DNA of 64,000 nt from Candidatus Altiarchaeales archaeon (GTDB taxonomy: Archaea; Altiarchaeota; Altiarchaeia; IMC4; SCGC-AAA252-I15): positions 416,001-480,000 of the forward strand of contig WJMO01000006.1 in NCBI GenBank assembly GCA_014727915.1. The letters run 5' to 3'. Each line of letters starts with the position of its first letter. Position 1 is the stretch's first letter. Both the position numbers and the translations under genes were made by a program. The notes under the pieces were generated by a model. The model saw only the letters and a program-made list of their open reading frames with translations, searched no databases and was not told the DNA's origin. Of this stretch, positions 1 to 9,016 are shown in pieces.

Positions 1-1314
1 GTGCCTTTGATGGTCGCTTTTGTCTTGCAAAGCGCATTCAACATAGCGGATGCCTTTTTCGTGGGTAAGATAAGCGCTGAAGCCCTTGCCGCGGTCAGCA
101 TAAGCTTCCCCGTGGTATTCCTCATAATCGCCCTTGGAACCGGTATAGGGGCTGGCACCACCTCCGTGGTAGCCAGATACATAGGGGCAAAAGACTACGA
201 CAACGCGGATAACGCGGCTGAACACGCCCTTATATCCTCTGGTTTTGTGGGTTTGGGGCTTGGCATAGCAGGTTTCCTGATTTCACCGTACCTGTTCGAC
301 ATAATAGGCGCGGAAGGCAGCCTTAAGGCTCTCGCGCTCGAGTACATAAACATACTGTTGTTCTTCACGGTCTTCATGATGTTCGCCTTCGTCGGGAATA
401 GCATACTCAGGGGTGAGGGGGACATGAAGACGCCCATGAAGATAATGGGTTTGTCCTCCATACTAAACATAGTGTTCGACCCGTTCTTCATCTTCCCTGG
501 CGGCTATCATCTGCCCTTCGGCCTGGTTCTTCCGTTCGGTTTGGGCCTGGGAGTCCGGGGGGCTGCCATCGCCACGCTCACCGCCCGGGGAATCGGGATG
601 TCATGGCTCACATGGCACATACTGACAGGCAGATCCTGGGTAAAACTGGACTTCAGGCACTTCAGATACGATTTCAGCCACGTTAAGAACATATTCTTCG
701 TGGGGGTGCCGGCTTCATTGATAAACGTCACCATGAGCGTTGGCATGTTCCTGTGGACTGTCATAGTCGGGATGCACGGTACGGCTGCGTTGGCGGCCTA
801 CGGCATCGGTTTCAGGTTGGACACTGTCGCGTTGCTGCCTGCCATGGGAGTATCGGTCGCGGTTATAAGCATAGTAGGCCAGAACATCGGGGCCGGTAAG
901 CTTGGCCGCGCGAGGCAGGCAACCTACAAGGCAGGGATGATGGCTTCAGGTTTCATGGTCTTTATAGGGATATTGTTCAACCTTTTCTCTGTGCAGATAA
1001 TATCTGCTTTCAACACCGACCCCGAGGTGGTGGGTTATGGCGTTTCTTTTCTGCGCATAATACCCTGGAGCTATATCTTCGTGGGGTTGGCCATGTGCAT
1101 ATCCTCCGCCTTCGTGGGTTCCGGCCAGGCATTGCTGGCTCTGCTCATAACCATCATGAGGATCATCGTGTTCTCTGTTCCCCTGGCCTACCTGATATCC
1201 CTGGCCTATGGCGTCAGCGGCATTTGGATGGGCATAGCCGCTGGATCCATACTGGGGTCCCTATTCGCGCTTTTGCTGTTCAAGAGATGCTGCACACTCA
1301 AATATACAGCCTAA
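1..1314 (+). CDS. MATE family efflux transporter (probably 5'-truncated by the window edge)
   Basis: About 12 hydrophobic segments; MATE motifs NIADAFFVG, LRGEGDMKTP, NIVFDPFFI, GQNIGAG. Confidence 0.92.
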   Translation: MPLMVAFVLQSAFNIADAFFVGKISAEALAAVSISFPVVFLIIALGTGIGAGTTSVVARYIGAKDYDNADNAAEHALISSGFVGLGLGIAGFLISPYLFDIIGAEGSLKALALEYINILLFFTVFMMFAFVGNSILRGEGDMKTPMKIMGLSSILNIVFDPFFIFPGGYHLPFGLVLPFGLGLGVRGAAIATLTARGIGMSWLTWHILTGRSWVKLDFRHFRYDFSHVKNIFFVGVPASLINVTMSVGMFLWTVIVGMHGTAALAAYGIGFRLDTVALLPAMGVSVAVISIVGQNIGAGKLGRARQATYKAGMMASGFMVFIGILFNLFSVQIISAFNTDPEVVGYGVSFLRIIPWSYIFVGLAMCISSAFVGSGQALLALLITIMRIIVFSVPLAYLISLAYGVSGIWMGIAAGSILGSLFALLLFKRCCTLKYTA

Positions 1315-1373
1315 CCCATGGGTAATCACAAGGTATTTAAAGGTGTTGTGTTCTATATATCTACCAATCTAGG

Positions 1374-3551
1374 ATGTCAGAGCATATTATAGAACTCAAG
1401 GTCGCGGAGGCGCTGCAGAACGACGTCGGCAGAGGCATCGTGAGGATAGACTCTGAGTCGGCGAGGAAGCTGGACGTGACGACGGGAGACATCGTCGAAG
1501 TAAGCGGCGGCAGGACGACAGCCGCCAAAGTCTGGCAGAGCCACCAGGAAGACGAGGGCAAGGACATCATAAGGATGGACGGGCTGCTAAGGCAGAACTC
1601 GGGCTCAACCCTGGGGGACAAGGTGAAGGTGAGGAAGGCAGAGCTTAAGAGCGCAAAGAAGGTCGTGATAGCCCCGACACGCCACGAGATAAGCTTTGGA
1701 GAGGACTTCTCCAGCTACGTGAAGCAAAGGGTCCTCATGGGTCGGCCGCTCATCAGCGGCGACGCATTCTACATAACCGTCCTGGGCCAGGCCATATCCT
1801 TCACCGTCGCGAGCACTAAACCCAACGGGATAGTCAAGATAACAGAGTACACAAACCTGGAAGTCAAGAGCAAACCCATGTCCGTAACCTCTGTCCCCGG
1901 CCTGGCGGTACGGTACGAGGACATCGGCGGACTCCGGGACGAGGTAGGACGGGTTAGAGAGATGGTGGAACTCCCAATGAAACACCCGGAACTATTCGAA
2001 AAACTCGGGATAAAACCCCCGAAGGGAGTCCTACTATACGGTCCCCCTGGAACTGGAAAGACCCTGCTCGCCAAAGCGGTCGCCTCAGAGTCGAATGCGA
2101 ACTTCATGCACTTGAACGGGCCGGAGATAATGGACAAGTTCTACGGGGAATCGGAGCGGAAGTTGCGGGACATATTCGAGGAAGCCCAGCAGAACGCACC
2201 ATCCATAATATTCATCGACGAGATCGACAGCATCGCGCCCAAGAGGGACGAGACGAAGGGAGAGGTTGAGAGGAGGGTGGTGGCCCAGTTGCTCGCTCTC
2301 ATGGACGGGCTCGCATCAAGGGGCAACGTGATAGTCGTGGCAGCCACCAACCGACCGGACAGCCTGGATCCCGCACTGAGGAGGCCGGGAAGGTTCGACC
2401 GTGAGATAGAGATAGGAGTACCGGACGTGAACGGAAGGAAGGAGATACTGCAGATACACACGCGAGGCATGCCATTGGACGACGACGTGGACCTGGAGAA
2501 GATAGGGAGGATAACCCACGGGTTCGTCGGAGCGGACATAGAAGCCATCGCGAGAGAGGCCGCAATGCACGCGCTGAAGAGGAACCTGCCAAGGATAGAC
2601 CTTGAAAGCGACTCCATACCGGCCGAAGTGCTTGAAAGCCTAAAGGTCACAAGGGAGGACTTCTCCGAGGCCATGAAGATCGTGGACCCCTCTGCGTTGA
2701 GGGAAGTCATGGTAGAGGTGCCGAACGTCAAATGGAACGACATAGGAGGTTTGAAGAGGGTAAAGCAGGAGCTTGTCGAGGCGGTAGAATGGCCGCTGAA
2801 GAAGCCCGATACATTCAAGAAGCTCGGGATAAAAGCGCCCAATGCCGTGCTGCTATACGGGCCGCCCGGGTGCGGCAAGACCATGCTGGCAAAGGCTGTC
2901 GCCACCGAATCCGAGGCCAACTTCATAGCAGTCAAGGGCCCAGAGCTCCTGTCGATGTGGGTGGGAGAGTCAGAGCGGGGAGTCAGGGAGATATTCAAGA
3001 AAGCAAGGCAGACCGCGCCAACGATAATATTCTTCGACGAAATAGACGCCATCGCGCCCCGGAGGGGAACCAGCTTCGGCAGCCACGTGACCGAAACGGT
3101 CGTCAACCAGATACTGACCGAGATAGACGGGATAGAACGGCTGGAGAACGTAATGATAATCGGAGCCAGCAACCGGCCTGACATACTAGACCCCAGCCTT
3201 CTCAGACCCGGAAGGTTCGACCGGCTAGTACTGGTGCCATTGCCGGACCGCGAGGCAAGGGAGGAAGTTTTCAAGGTTCACACGAAGGGCATGCCACTGA
3301 GGGGAGTCAACATAGAGGACCTGGCCAAGAAGACCGAAGGATACACCGGCGCAGACATAGAATCGCTCTGCAGGGAGGCGGCCATGAACTCCCTCAGAGA
3401 GGACATGGAAGCCGGTTACGTGGACAGAAAACACTTCGAACACGCCCTCGAGGAGATAACACCCTCAGTGACAGCGGAGGAAGCCAAGAGCTACGAGAAC
3501 AACCTTCGCAGAGGCAGGAGAAAAGACGAGCAGCTGCCAGCCTACGGGTGA
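1374..3551 (+). CDS. cdc48: CDC48/VAT AAA+ ATPase
   Basis: N-domain plus two AAA modules ([16 protein letters not shown]; Walker B IFIDEID and FFDEID; SRH RPGRFDR); C-terminal HbYX-like PAYG. Confidence 0.97.
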   Translation: MSEHIIELKVAEALQNDVGRGIVRIDSESARKLDVTTGDIVEVSGGRTTAAKVWQSHQEDEGKDIIRMDGLLRQNSGSTLGDKVKVRKAELKSAKKVVIAPTRHEISFGEDFSSYVKQRVLMGRPLISGDAFYITVLGQAISFTVASTKPNGIVKITEYTNLEVKSKPMSVTSVPGLAVRYEDIGGLRDEVGRVREMVELPMKHPELFEKLGIKPPKGVLLYGPPGTGKTLLAKAVASESNANFMHLNGPEIMDKFYGESERKLRDIFEEAQQNAPSIIFIDEIDSIAPKRDETKGEVERRVVAQLLALMDGLASRGNVIVVAATNRPDSLDPALRRPGRFDREIEIGVPDVNGRKEILQIHTRGMPLDDDVDLEKIGRITHGFVGADIEAIAREAAMHALKRNLPRIDLESDSIPAEVLESLKVTREDFSEAMKIVDPSALREVMVEVPNVKWNDIGGLKRVKQELVEAVEWPLKKPDTFKKLGIKAPNAVLLYGPPGCGKTMLAKAVATESEANFIAVKGPELLSMWVGESERGVREIFKKARQTAPTIIFFDEIDAIAPRRGTSFGSHVTETVVNQILTEIDGIERLENVMIIGASNRPDILDPSLLRPGRFDRLVLVPLPDREAREEVFKVHTKGMPLRGVNIEDLAKKTEGYTGADIESLCREAAMNSLREDMEAGYVDRKHFEHALEEITPSVTAEEAKSYENNLRRGRRKDEQLPAYG

Positions 3552-3556
3552 AACGA

Positions 3557-4951
3557 TTAAATGGTGAATTTTTCCTCATTTAACACATAATATGCCCCCC
3601 TATATTTCCCAATTTTCCTAATGAATTTGAAACGTATTAACTCCCTTAAGTCATTTACAGCTGTGGGGACAGAAATATCATTTATAGAAGCATAAGTCTT
3701 GGATTTTATGCTCTGGTTCTGTTTGAGATAATCAATCGCTTTTATTTGTCTCTCATTTAAGTCTCCCATACCCTCGACCGGCTTTAAAACACCACGTAAG
3801 TTCATTAGGACAACAATGAAGAAATTGCCGGAATAATCGAATAATGGGTCTTTCAGGCCGGCTTTTCGCATTTCATTTCGCATCCTAGGAATGCCGGTTC
3901 CAAGACCCTCAACATATCCAAGATCACGTAGTAATCTATACGTAAGCGGATTTCTCTGAACGGATAGAAATCCCAGTTTATCTGGCGACATGCCAGACGG
4001 TAGTGATCCCGGGCTGATTATTTCTATTCTATCATCAAATATGTTTACTTGAATTGCATCCTTACTGAAATAATCTCTGTGTGCTACTGCATTTACAATT
4101 GACTCGCGAATCACGGTCAACGGATATTCGTATATCTCTGTTCTTATTGCTGATTCTGATGTTGGTTTAAGTCGTGTTATTATGTTTTCTTTTATGAAAG
4201 AATATGCCAACTCAATTTGTTCAATTGGATCGCTTTTAACCAGTTTATAAGAGATTATATCTACCGCCTCGGTACCAGAATATTTCACAAGCTTTAGTTC
4301 AGCCTGTGGGACAAATTGGCTTAGATTTTTTGAGAAGAATAATGCTGCTGCATTTTTTATTTTCAGATGATCATTTTGATGCGCCAGTCGATTGCTTAAT
4401 AGAAAATTATCTATTGAATTTTCAATCAGAAATTCTCCTTGCCCTCTTATTTTCAAAAATTTTTTTATTTTTTCTTCGTCTAAGTCTTCCAAGTTAGCTT
4501 CGCTTATGGCTTCGTCAAAACATAAGATTTGCCTGTCCCGGAGGTAATCCAACATAGAATGACCTTCTAATTTATGGACAGTGCTGCCAATTCTGACATA
4601 AATTAGTCCCTTAAAGGTGTGAAAATTGCCCTGGTTAGCCCGATGGATTATGACAAGTAATAAAGGTTTTCCGTCGATTTGTATGACTTCTTGGGAGATA
4701 AGAGGTGGAGAGCTGATGTCCTGAGATATTAATGAAATTTTTTGTTGTGCAGTATCTAAATCGCCTTCTAATCCAACAATTTTCCTTTTTCTATTTACCC
4801 CGAATACTATGGTTCCACCGTTAGTGTTTGCAAATGCACATATTTGTTTTGCTATCTTTTCTTTGCTCTGTAAAGATTCCTTAAATTCAACTTCTTGATT
4901 TTCTCCGGATTCAATAAGCCTTTTGACTTCGTCATAGTTCATATAAATCAC
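3557..4951 (-). CDS. Schlafen/AlbA_2 domain + HATPase_c_4 (RecG-C-like) + C-terminal HTH protein
   Basis: GENQEVEFKE, CAFANTNGGTIVFGV, REsivNAVAHRDY, IEIISPGSL, RNP..GLGTGI, C-terminal wHTH; much more AT-rich than flanking genes. Confidence 0.85.
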   Translation of the reverse strand: MIYMNYDEVKRLIESGENQEVEFKESLQSKEKIAKQICAFANTNGGTIVFGVNRKRKIVGLEGDLDTAQQKISLISQDISSPPLISQEVIQIDGKPLLLVIIHRANQGNFHTFKGLIYVRIGSTVHKLEGHSMLDYLRDRQILCFDEAISEANLEDLDEEKIKKFLKIRGQGEFLIENSIDNFLLSNRLAHQNDHLKIKNAAALFFSKNLSQFVPQAELKLVKYSGTEAVDIISYKLVKSDPIEQIELAYSFIKENIITRLKPTSESAIRTEIYEYPLTVIRESIVNAVAHRDYFSKDAIQVNIFDDRIEIISPGSLPSGMSPDKLGFLSVQRNPLTYRLLRDLGYVEGLGTGIPRMRNEMRKAGLKDPLFDYSGNFFIVVLMNLRGVLKPVEGMGDLNERQIKAIDYLKQNQSIKSKTYASINDISVPTAVNDLRELIRFKFIRKIGKYRGAYYVLNEEKFTI

Positions 4952-4954
4952 TTG

Positions 4955-5060
4955 ATATAAGTTATAAGTAACTTAAAGTATTTAAAAGTATTCAAGATTT
5001 TTAGGAAATCAAAAAACACCTTATATAAATTATAAGTAAATTAAAGTATTTAAAAGTATT
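4955..5060. repeat. 38-bp imperfect direct repeat x2 in the divergent promoter region
   Basis: ATATAAgTTATAAGTAAcTTAAAGTATTTAAAAGTATT (4955-4992) vs ATATAAaTTATAAGTAAaTTAAAGTATTTAAAAGTATT (5023-5060); 36/38 identical. Confidence 0.85.
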
Positions 5061-5111
5061 TAAAGCGGAAGAATTAACCTTAATAAATATAGATAAAACC
5101 ACTATTCATTG

Positions 5112-6461
5112 ATGGACTCCAGAGCCTTGGACCTCAACGCAGTATGGTTGGGCGTGCCGTTGGAGCGTTTGATGGAGAATGCCGGAGCAGCTGTAGCCCG
5201 AGAATGCGCTGGATTCAAGAGGATAGCAATATTCTGCGGGCGGGGGAACAACGGCGGCGACGGGCTCGTGGCAGCGCGGATACTGCACGAGGACGGAGTA
5301 GATGTCACCGTGTTCGCCCTGGAAGGAGACCGCACAAAACTGAATCAAAACAATTTGGGAAAAATCCCGGATAGCTTGAAGAAAATCATAGATAATCGTG
5401 AAGACTTCGAACTGGAGGGTTTTGACCTCATCGTCGACGCCCTGGTGGGCGTGGGTTTGGAGGGTGAAGCCCGTGAGCCGTTGAAAGGAGTAATAGAGAA
5501 GATGAACGAGTCGCACGCCCACAAGATCTCCGTTGATACGCCATCGGCTGGGATCGTGGAGGCTGACGCGGTAGTTTCACTCCACACTGCCAAGGTGCCG
5601 GGGGCGATAGTGGCGGACATAGGCATACCAGCCGAGGCGGAACGCTACTGCGGACCGGGAGACGTGGCAGTAGCGCTTCCGCGCAGGAAGAGCGATTCTC
5701 GCAAGGGAGACCACGGAAGGCTCATCGTCATGGGAGGGTGCAGGGAATACATCGGCACGCCAACACTGGTAGCGCAGGCCGCGTTGAAATCCGGCGTCGA
5801 CCTCGTGACTGTCTGCGTCCCACAGTATGTCGCGGACAAGATGCCCTTCGACCCCAACCTCATAGTCCACCCGCTGAAGAGCAGTGACGCCATAACAGCA
5901 GAGGACGTGAAGGAGGTTCTAGGCATGAAATGCGACGCAATAGTCTTCGGCAACGGCCTGGGACGTGAGAGCAGAGAGGCTGCGAAGTGGCTGATGGAGA
6001 AATCTAAGGTTCCGCTGGTATTGGACGCGGACGCGCTGAGCCTCGCGAAAAAGAGATGGCTAAAGGATAATATGATAGTCACCCCGCACGAGGCAGAGTA
6101 TAGGAGGCTGTTCGGGAGATTGGAGGACAGGGAAGAGAACGTCCTAGCAGACTCCAGGGAGACCGGCGCGGTCATAGTGTTGAAGGGGAGTGAGGACACC
6201 ATATCAGACGGCGAGACTGTCAGGTTGAACAGGACGGGAGACCCTAACATGACCGTCGGCGGCACAGGGGACGTGCTCGCGGGGGTGATAGGCTCCCTAC
6301 TCGCACAGACAGGGGACCGGATGAAGGCAGCATGCGCTGGAGCATACCTCACCGGCAGGTCAGGGGAACTGGCCTCCGAGGAGCTGGGAGTATCCATGAC
6401 AGCCACCGATGTGATAGCGAAGATACCGGAGGCCATAGGGGAAGTGAGGGATCTAGGGTGA
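5112..6461 (+). CDS. nnr: Bifunctional NAD(P)H-hydrate epimerase/dehydratase
   Basis: LMENAG, GRGNNGGDG, DAL.GVG (YjeF_N); KGDHG, LDADAL, TPHEAE, GGTGDVLAG (YjeF_C). Confidence 0.95.
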   Translation: MDSRALDLNAVWLGVPLERLMENAGAAVARECAGFKRIAIFCGRGNNGGDGLVAARILHEDGVDVTVFALEGDRTKLNQNNLGKIPDSLKKIIDNREDFELEGFDLIVDALVGVGLEGEAREPLKGVIEKMNESHAHKISVDTPSAGIVEADAVVSLHTAKVPGAIVADIGIPAEAERYCGPGDVAVALPRRKSDSRKGDHGRLIVMGGCREYIGTPTLVAQAALKSGVDLVTVCVPQYVADKMPFDPNLIVHPLKSSDAITAEDVKEVLGMKCDAIVFGNGLGRESREAAKWLMEKSKVPLVLDADALSLAKKRWLKDNMIVTPHEAEYRRLFGRLEDREENVLADSRETGAVIVLKGSEDTISDGETVRLNRTGDPNMTVGGTGDVLAGVIGSLLAQTGDRMKAACAGAYLTGRSGELASEELGVSMTATDVIAKIPEAIGEVRDLG

Positions 6462-6862
6462 AAGACGCCATCAAAGACATGGAAGGCCTGCGGGAGCACA
6501 TGAAATCCACGGACCTGAAGTTCAGAGAAGCCATCCTAGAATACTACAGGAAACTCGGGGAAAAACAGGGTTTCACCGTAGTCCAGGGAAGCAGCGCCAT
6601 AAGGAAGGCAGTGAACTTCGGGAAGTTGGACCTGGCATGGGTCGAGCCGAACATAGTCTTCACCAGCGAATTCGGATTGTTAGACGACATCTACAAGCAC
6701 CTTTGGAGGGTGATGGTGTTGAAGCCGTGCATTGCAGTTCTGCTGTTGAGCGGCAACAGCAGATGCAACCCGGGAAGGGTGAAGGAGATAGTTGAAAAGA
6801 CGGAGGAACTGAACGATGTGGAATTCATAATATTGGACGTGTCAAACTACAAGGCCTTCTAA
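6458..6862 (+). CDS. Hypothetical protein, possible degenerate PD-(D/E)XK nuclease-like fold
   Basis: GTGA overlap with the nnr stop supports a start at 6458; GKLDLAW..IVFTSEF pattern. Confidence 0.55.
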   Translation: MKDAIKDMEGLREHMKSTDLKFREAILEYYRKLGEKQGFTVVQGSSAIRKAVNFGKLDLAWVEPNIVFTSEFGLLDDIYKHLWRVMVLKPCIAVLLLSGNSRCNPGRVKEIVEKTEELNDVEFIILDVSNYKAF

Positions 6863-7416
6863 CGCAGCATCTCGATCTGGTAAACTTCCACCCTAGTAAC
6901 AGGGCATATCTTCTTTATGTCCTTGTATATCTCAGTGCCTAGCTTCCCGAACAATGCAGCCTGCAGCACCTTGTCCCGGCTATCGGTATGCTTTTCAAGG
7001 ATCCGGGTTATGCTCTTCTTTATGTCAGCCTTCTGGACCTCACTTACCTTGTGCCTTGAAAGCACCATAATCTTGAAGCGCATCATATCCCCCTCTACCT
7101 CCATCTCGCGGCCGTAGTCGATCTTAAGGGTCTTCTTACGAACCTTGGAGCGGAGGTAACCAGTTGGTATGAAGAACTTCTTGAATCTTGTCAGGGCCTT
7201 GTCCCCCTTTACGTCGTAGACTTCGAACCTCAGGTTCAGGTAGTTCTTGCTCCTGTCATTCATGAGGTCGCCGAGGGAAACCTGCACCGTCCTACCGGCC
7301 AGCTTCTCCGGGTCGGCAGACAGAGTGGTCCCGATCTCCTTCTTGTCGAAGTTATCAGGGGCCTGGAGTATGTAGAGCTTCTTGCTCTTCCATGAGGTGA
7401 CGGTCTTCTTAGCCAT
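6859..7416 (-). CDS. rps3ae: 30S ribosomal protein S3Ae (eS1)
   Basis: WKSKK.Y...AP..F, GRTVQVSLGDL, YLRSKVRK, KICPVTRVEV; follows rps15-pcc1. Confidence 0.92.
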   Translation of the reverse strand: MAKKTVTSWKSKKLYILQAPDNFDKKEIGTTLSADPEKLAGRTVQVSLGDLMNDRSKNYLNLRFEVYDVKGDKALTRFKKFFIPTGYLRSKVRKKTLKIDYGREMEVEGDMMRFKIMVLSRHKVSEVQKADIKKSITRILEKHTDSRDKVLQAALFGKLGTEIYKDIKKICPVTRVEVYQIEMLR

Positions 7417-7636
7417 TATCTATCATGCTCTCCGAGGTTATCTGGCACCTCAAAAGGTCGTCTAAAGTAGAGAGTAGAGTGTTCAGCGAATCTGATCTGA
7501 TCTCAGATGTCACCCTGTTCCCCGAAAGCGAAGTTTCCACTGACAGGGAGTTCATGACGACATTATCCGTGTTAAGAGACTCTGACACCGCAGCAGAACC
7601 CGCGGACTCCGTGACAAGCTTGGCGTAGCAAATCAT
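7409..7636 (-). CDS. pcc1: KEOPS complex subunit Pcc1
   Basis: About 75 aa, SL..DN and [10 protein letters not shown] motifs; ATGA overlap with the rps15 stop; conserved position between rps15 and rps3ae. Confidence 0.8.
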   Translation of the reverse strand: MICYAKLVTESAGSAAVSESLNTDNVVMNSLSVETSLSGNRVTSEIRSDSLNTLLSTLDDLLRCQITSESMIDNG

Positions 7637-8091
7637 TTTGAAACCAGTAACCTCGCCTTCTCCGGATCGTATCTCCAATCTTCCGGGAGCTTGCCGGATT
7701 TCTTGTAGTATTTTGTCAATCTCCTGATCTTGGACTCGACCAAGTGCAGCCCCCTCTTGTTGTGCTTGTCGTGGGAGTGCTTCTCAACGTGCACCCTCAA
7801 CGCGACCGCCTTGTTTATGAGGCTCTGAAGGTCCTCGGGCAGCCTGGGCGCGATACCGTTCTTAGCCAGCACCTTCGTCAGCTTGGAGCCGAGCAGGGGC
7901 CTGACATCGGGGATTCCATACTGGTCCCTGAGTATGAGGCCTATCTTGCTGGGGCTGTGACCGTCCTTCGATAGCTTGACTATGATCTCCTCCACCTCGT
8001 CCTTGGTGTAGCCCACCCACTCGGGAACGCCCATTGACTCGGGCTTCTTGGACTTGCTCCTGCCTTTCTTGCGTGCGTGCATACGAGCCAT
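7633..8091 (-). CDS. rps15: 30S ribosomal protein S15 (uS15)
   Basis: [43 protein letters not shown]; start reassigned to ATG 8091. Confidence 0.97.
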   Translation of the reverse strand: MARMHARKKGRSKSKKPESMGVPEWVGYTKDEVEEIIVKLSKDGHSPSKIGLILRDQYGIPDVRPLLGSKLTKVLAKNGIAPRLPEDLQSLINKAVALRVHVEKHSHDKHNKRGLHLVESKIRRLTKYYKKSGKLPEDWRYDPEKARLLVSK

Positions 8092-8123
8092 TGTAAGAGT
8101 ATTTGTGGTGTTAGTGCTTTCCT

Positions 8124-8154
8124 TGGCGCAGCCCAGACGAATCCAGCCTGCCCA
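8124..8154 (-). promoter_or_regulatory. Candidate rps15 5' leader hairpin
   Basis: Minus strand UGG-GCAGGCUGGA-UUCG-UCUGGGCUGC-G-CCA, about 30 nt upstream of the rps15 ATG. Confidence 0.4.
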
Positions 8155-8198
8155 GAAAAAAAGGTAGATAATAACCAAGTAAAACATGTATATAAATC

Positions 8199-9008
8199 AT
8201 GAGGATTGGAGTGTCCACGAGGCTGCTGTGGGAGAGGGAGCAGAACATCTACGTGATATTGGATTTCATACGAAAGCATGCGGAGTCGGCGGAGATATGG
8301 GTGATGCCCCCGTTCTTCCCCTACTGGAGGACCAGCCAGATGAAGGGAGAGCTGGACAGGATCAGAGAAGTGTTGGAAGTATACGGGCTGTCTTCGACGG
8401 TGCACGCGCCACATCACGACCTCAACCTCAGCTCGCTCAACCCAAGGGCGTCCAAGGCAGCCTACGAGGACGTGTTGAAGAGCCTTGAATCAGCGGACAT
8501 AATGGGGTCGGAGACCGTGACATTCCACCCCGGCGGCGTCAGGTACGGGCGTGAAAGGGGATTGGAGATTTTGAAGGAGAGCCTGAAACGGCTGGACAAA
8601 AAAGCCGAAGAATACAATGCATTGTTGTGCCTGGAGAACCTGGTAGACGAGCACATGTATTGCAGGACCAGCGGTGAAGTGTTGGATGTGCTGGAGGGTT
8701 TGGAGAGCATCCACATCACATTGGACCTGGCCCACGCACTGGTGCAGGAGGAGGATATAGGAGACTACATCGGCATGCTGGGTGATAGGATAAGGCATGT
8801 GCACATCAGCGACTTCAAAGGCCTAGAACACCTCCACCTCCCGATCGGCAGAGGAGACCTGGACTTCACAGACGCTCTGAAGGCGCTGAAGAAGACAGGA
8901 TACAAGGGCGTCTTCAGCCTTGAAGGCGTTCCACAAAACCCGTTCACGGCCATACCGGAAGAGACAGAGGAGTTGAGGAATATACTAGGCGAAGCAGGTT
9001 TCAAATGA
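8199..9008 (+). CDS. Sugar phosphate isomerase/epimerase, AP-endonuclease-2-type TIM barrel
   Basis: HAP..DLN, TFHPG, CLENL, TLDLAH, HVHISD, HLPIG.GDLDF, SLE metal-ligand motifs. Confidence 0.88.
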   Translation: MRIGVSTRLLWEREQNIYVILDFIRKHAESAEIWVMPPFFPYWRTSQMKGELDRIREVLEVYGLSSTVHAPHHDLNLSSLNPRASKAAYEDVLKSLESADIMGSETVTFHPGGVRYGRERGLEILKESLKRLDKKAEEYNALLCLENLVDEHMYCRTSGEVLDVLEGLESIHITLDLAHALVQEEDIGDYIGMLGDRIRHVHISDFKGLEHLHLPIGRGDLDFTDALKALKKTGYKGVFSLEGVPQNPFTAIPEETEELRNILGEAGFK

Positions 9009-9016
9009 GGCTGTTC

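Noticed and set aside
2141-3274. 377-aa antisense ORF (also 5645-6499, 22579-23472, 33034-34083, 34666-35388)
   Set aside because: Shadow frames opposite clear core genes (cdc48, nnr, pcn/lysS, ftsZ, spt5/rpl11); Ser-rich and without motifs, as expected from codon bias.
4955-5060. Possible CRISPR repeat pair or replication-origin ORB boxes
   Set aside because: Two very AT-rich units only, no G-string ORB consensus, and no cas or orc1/cdc6 gene nearby.
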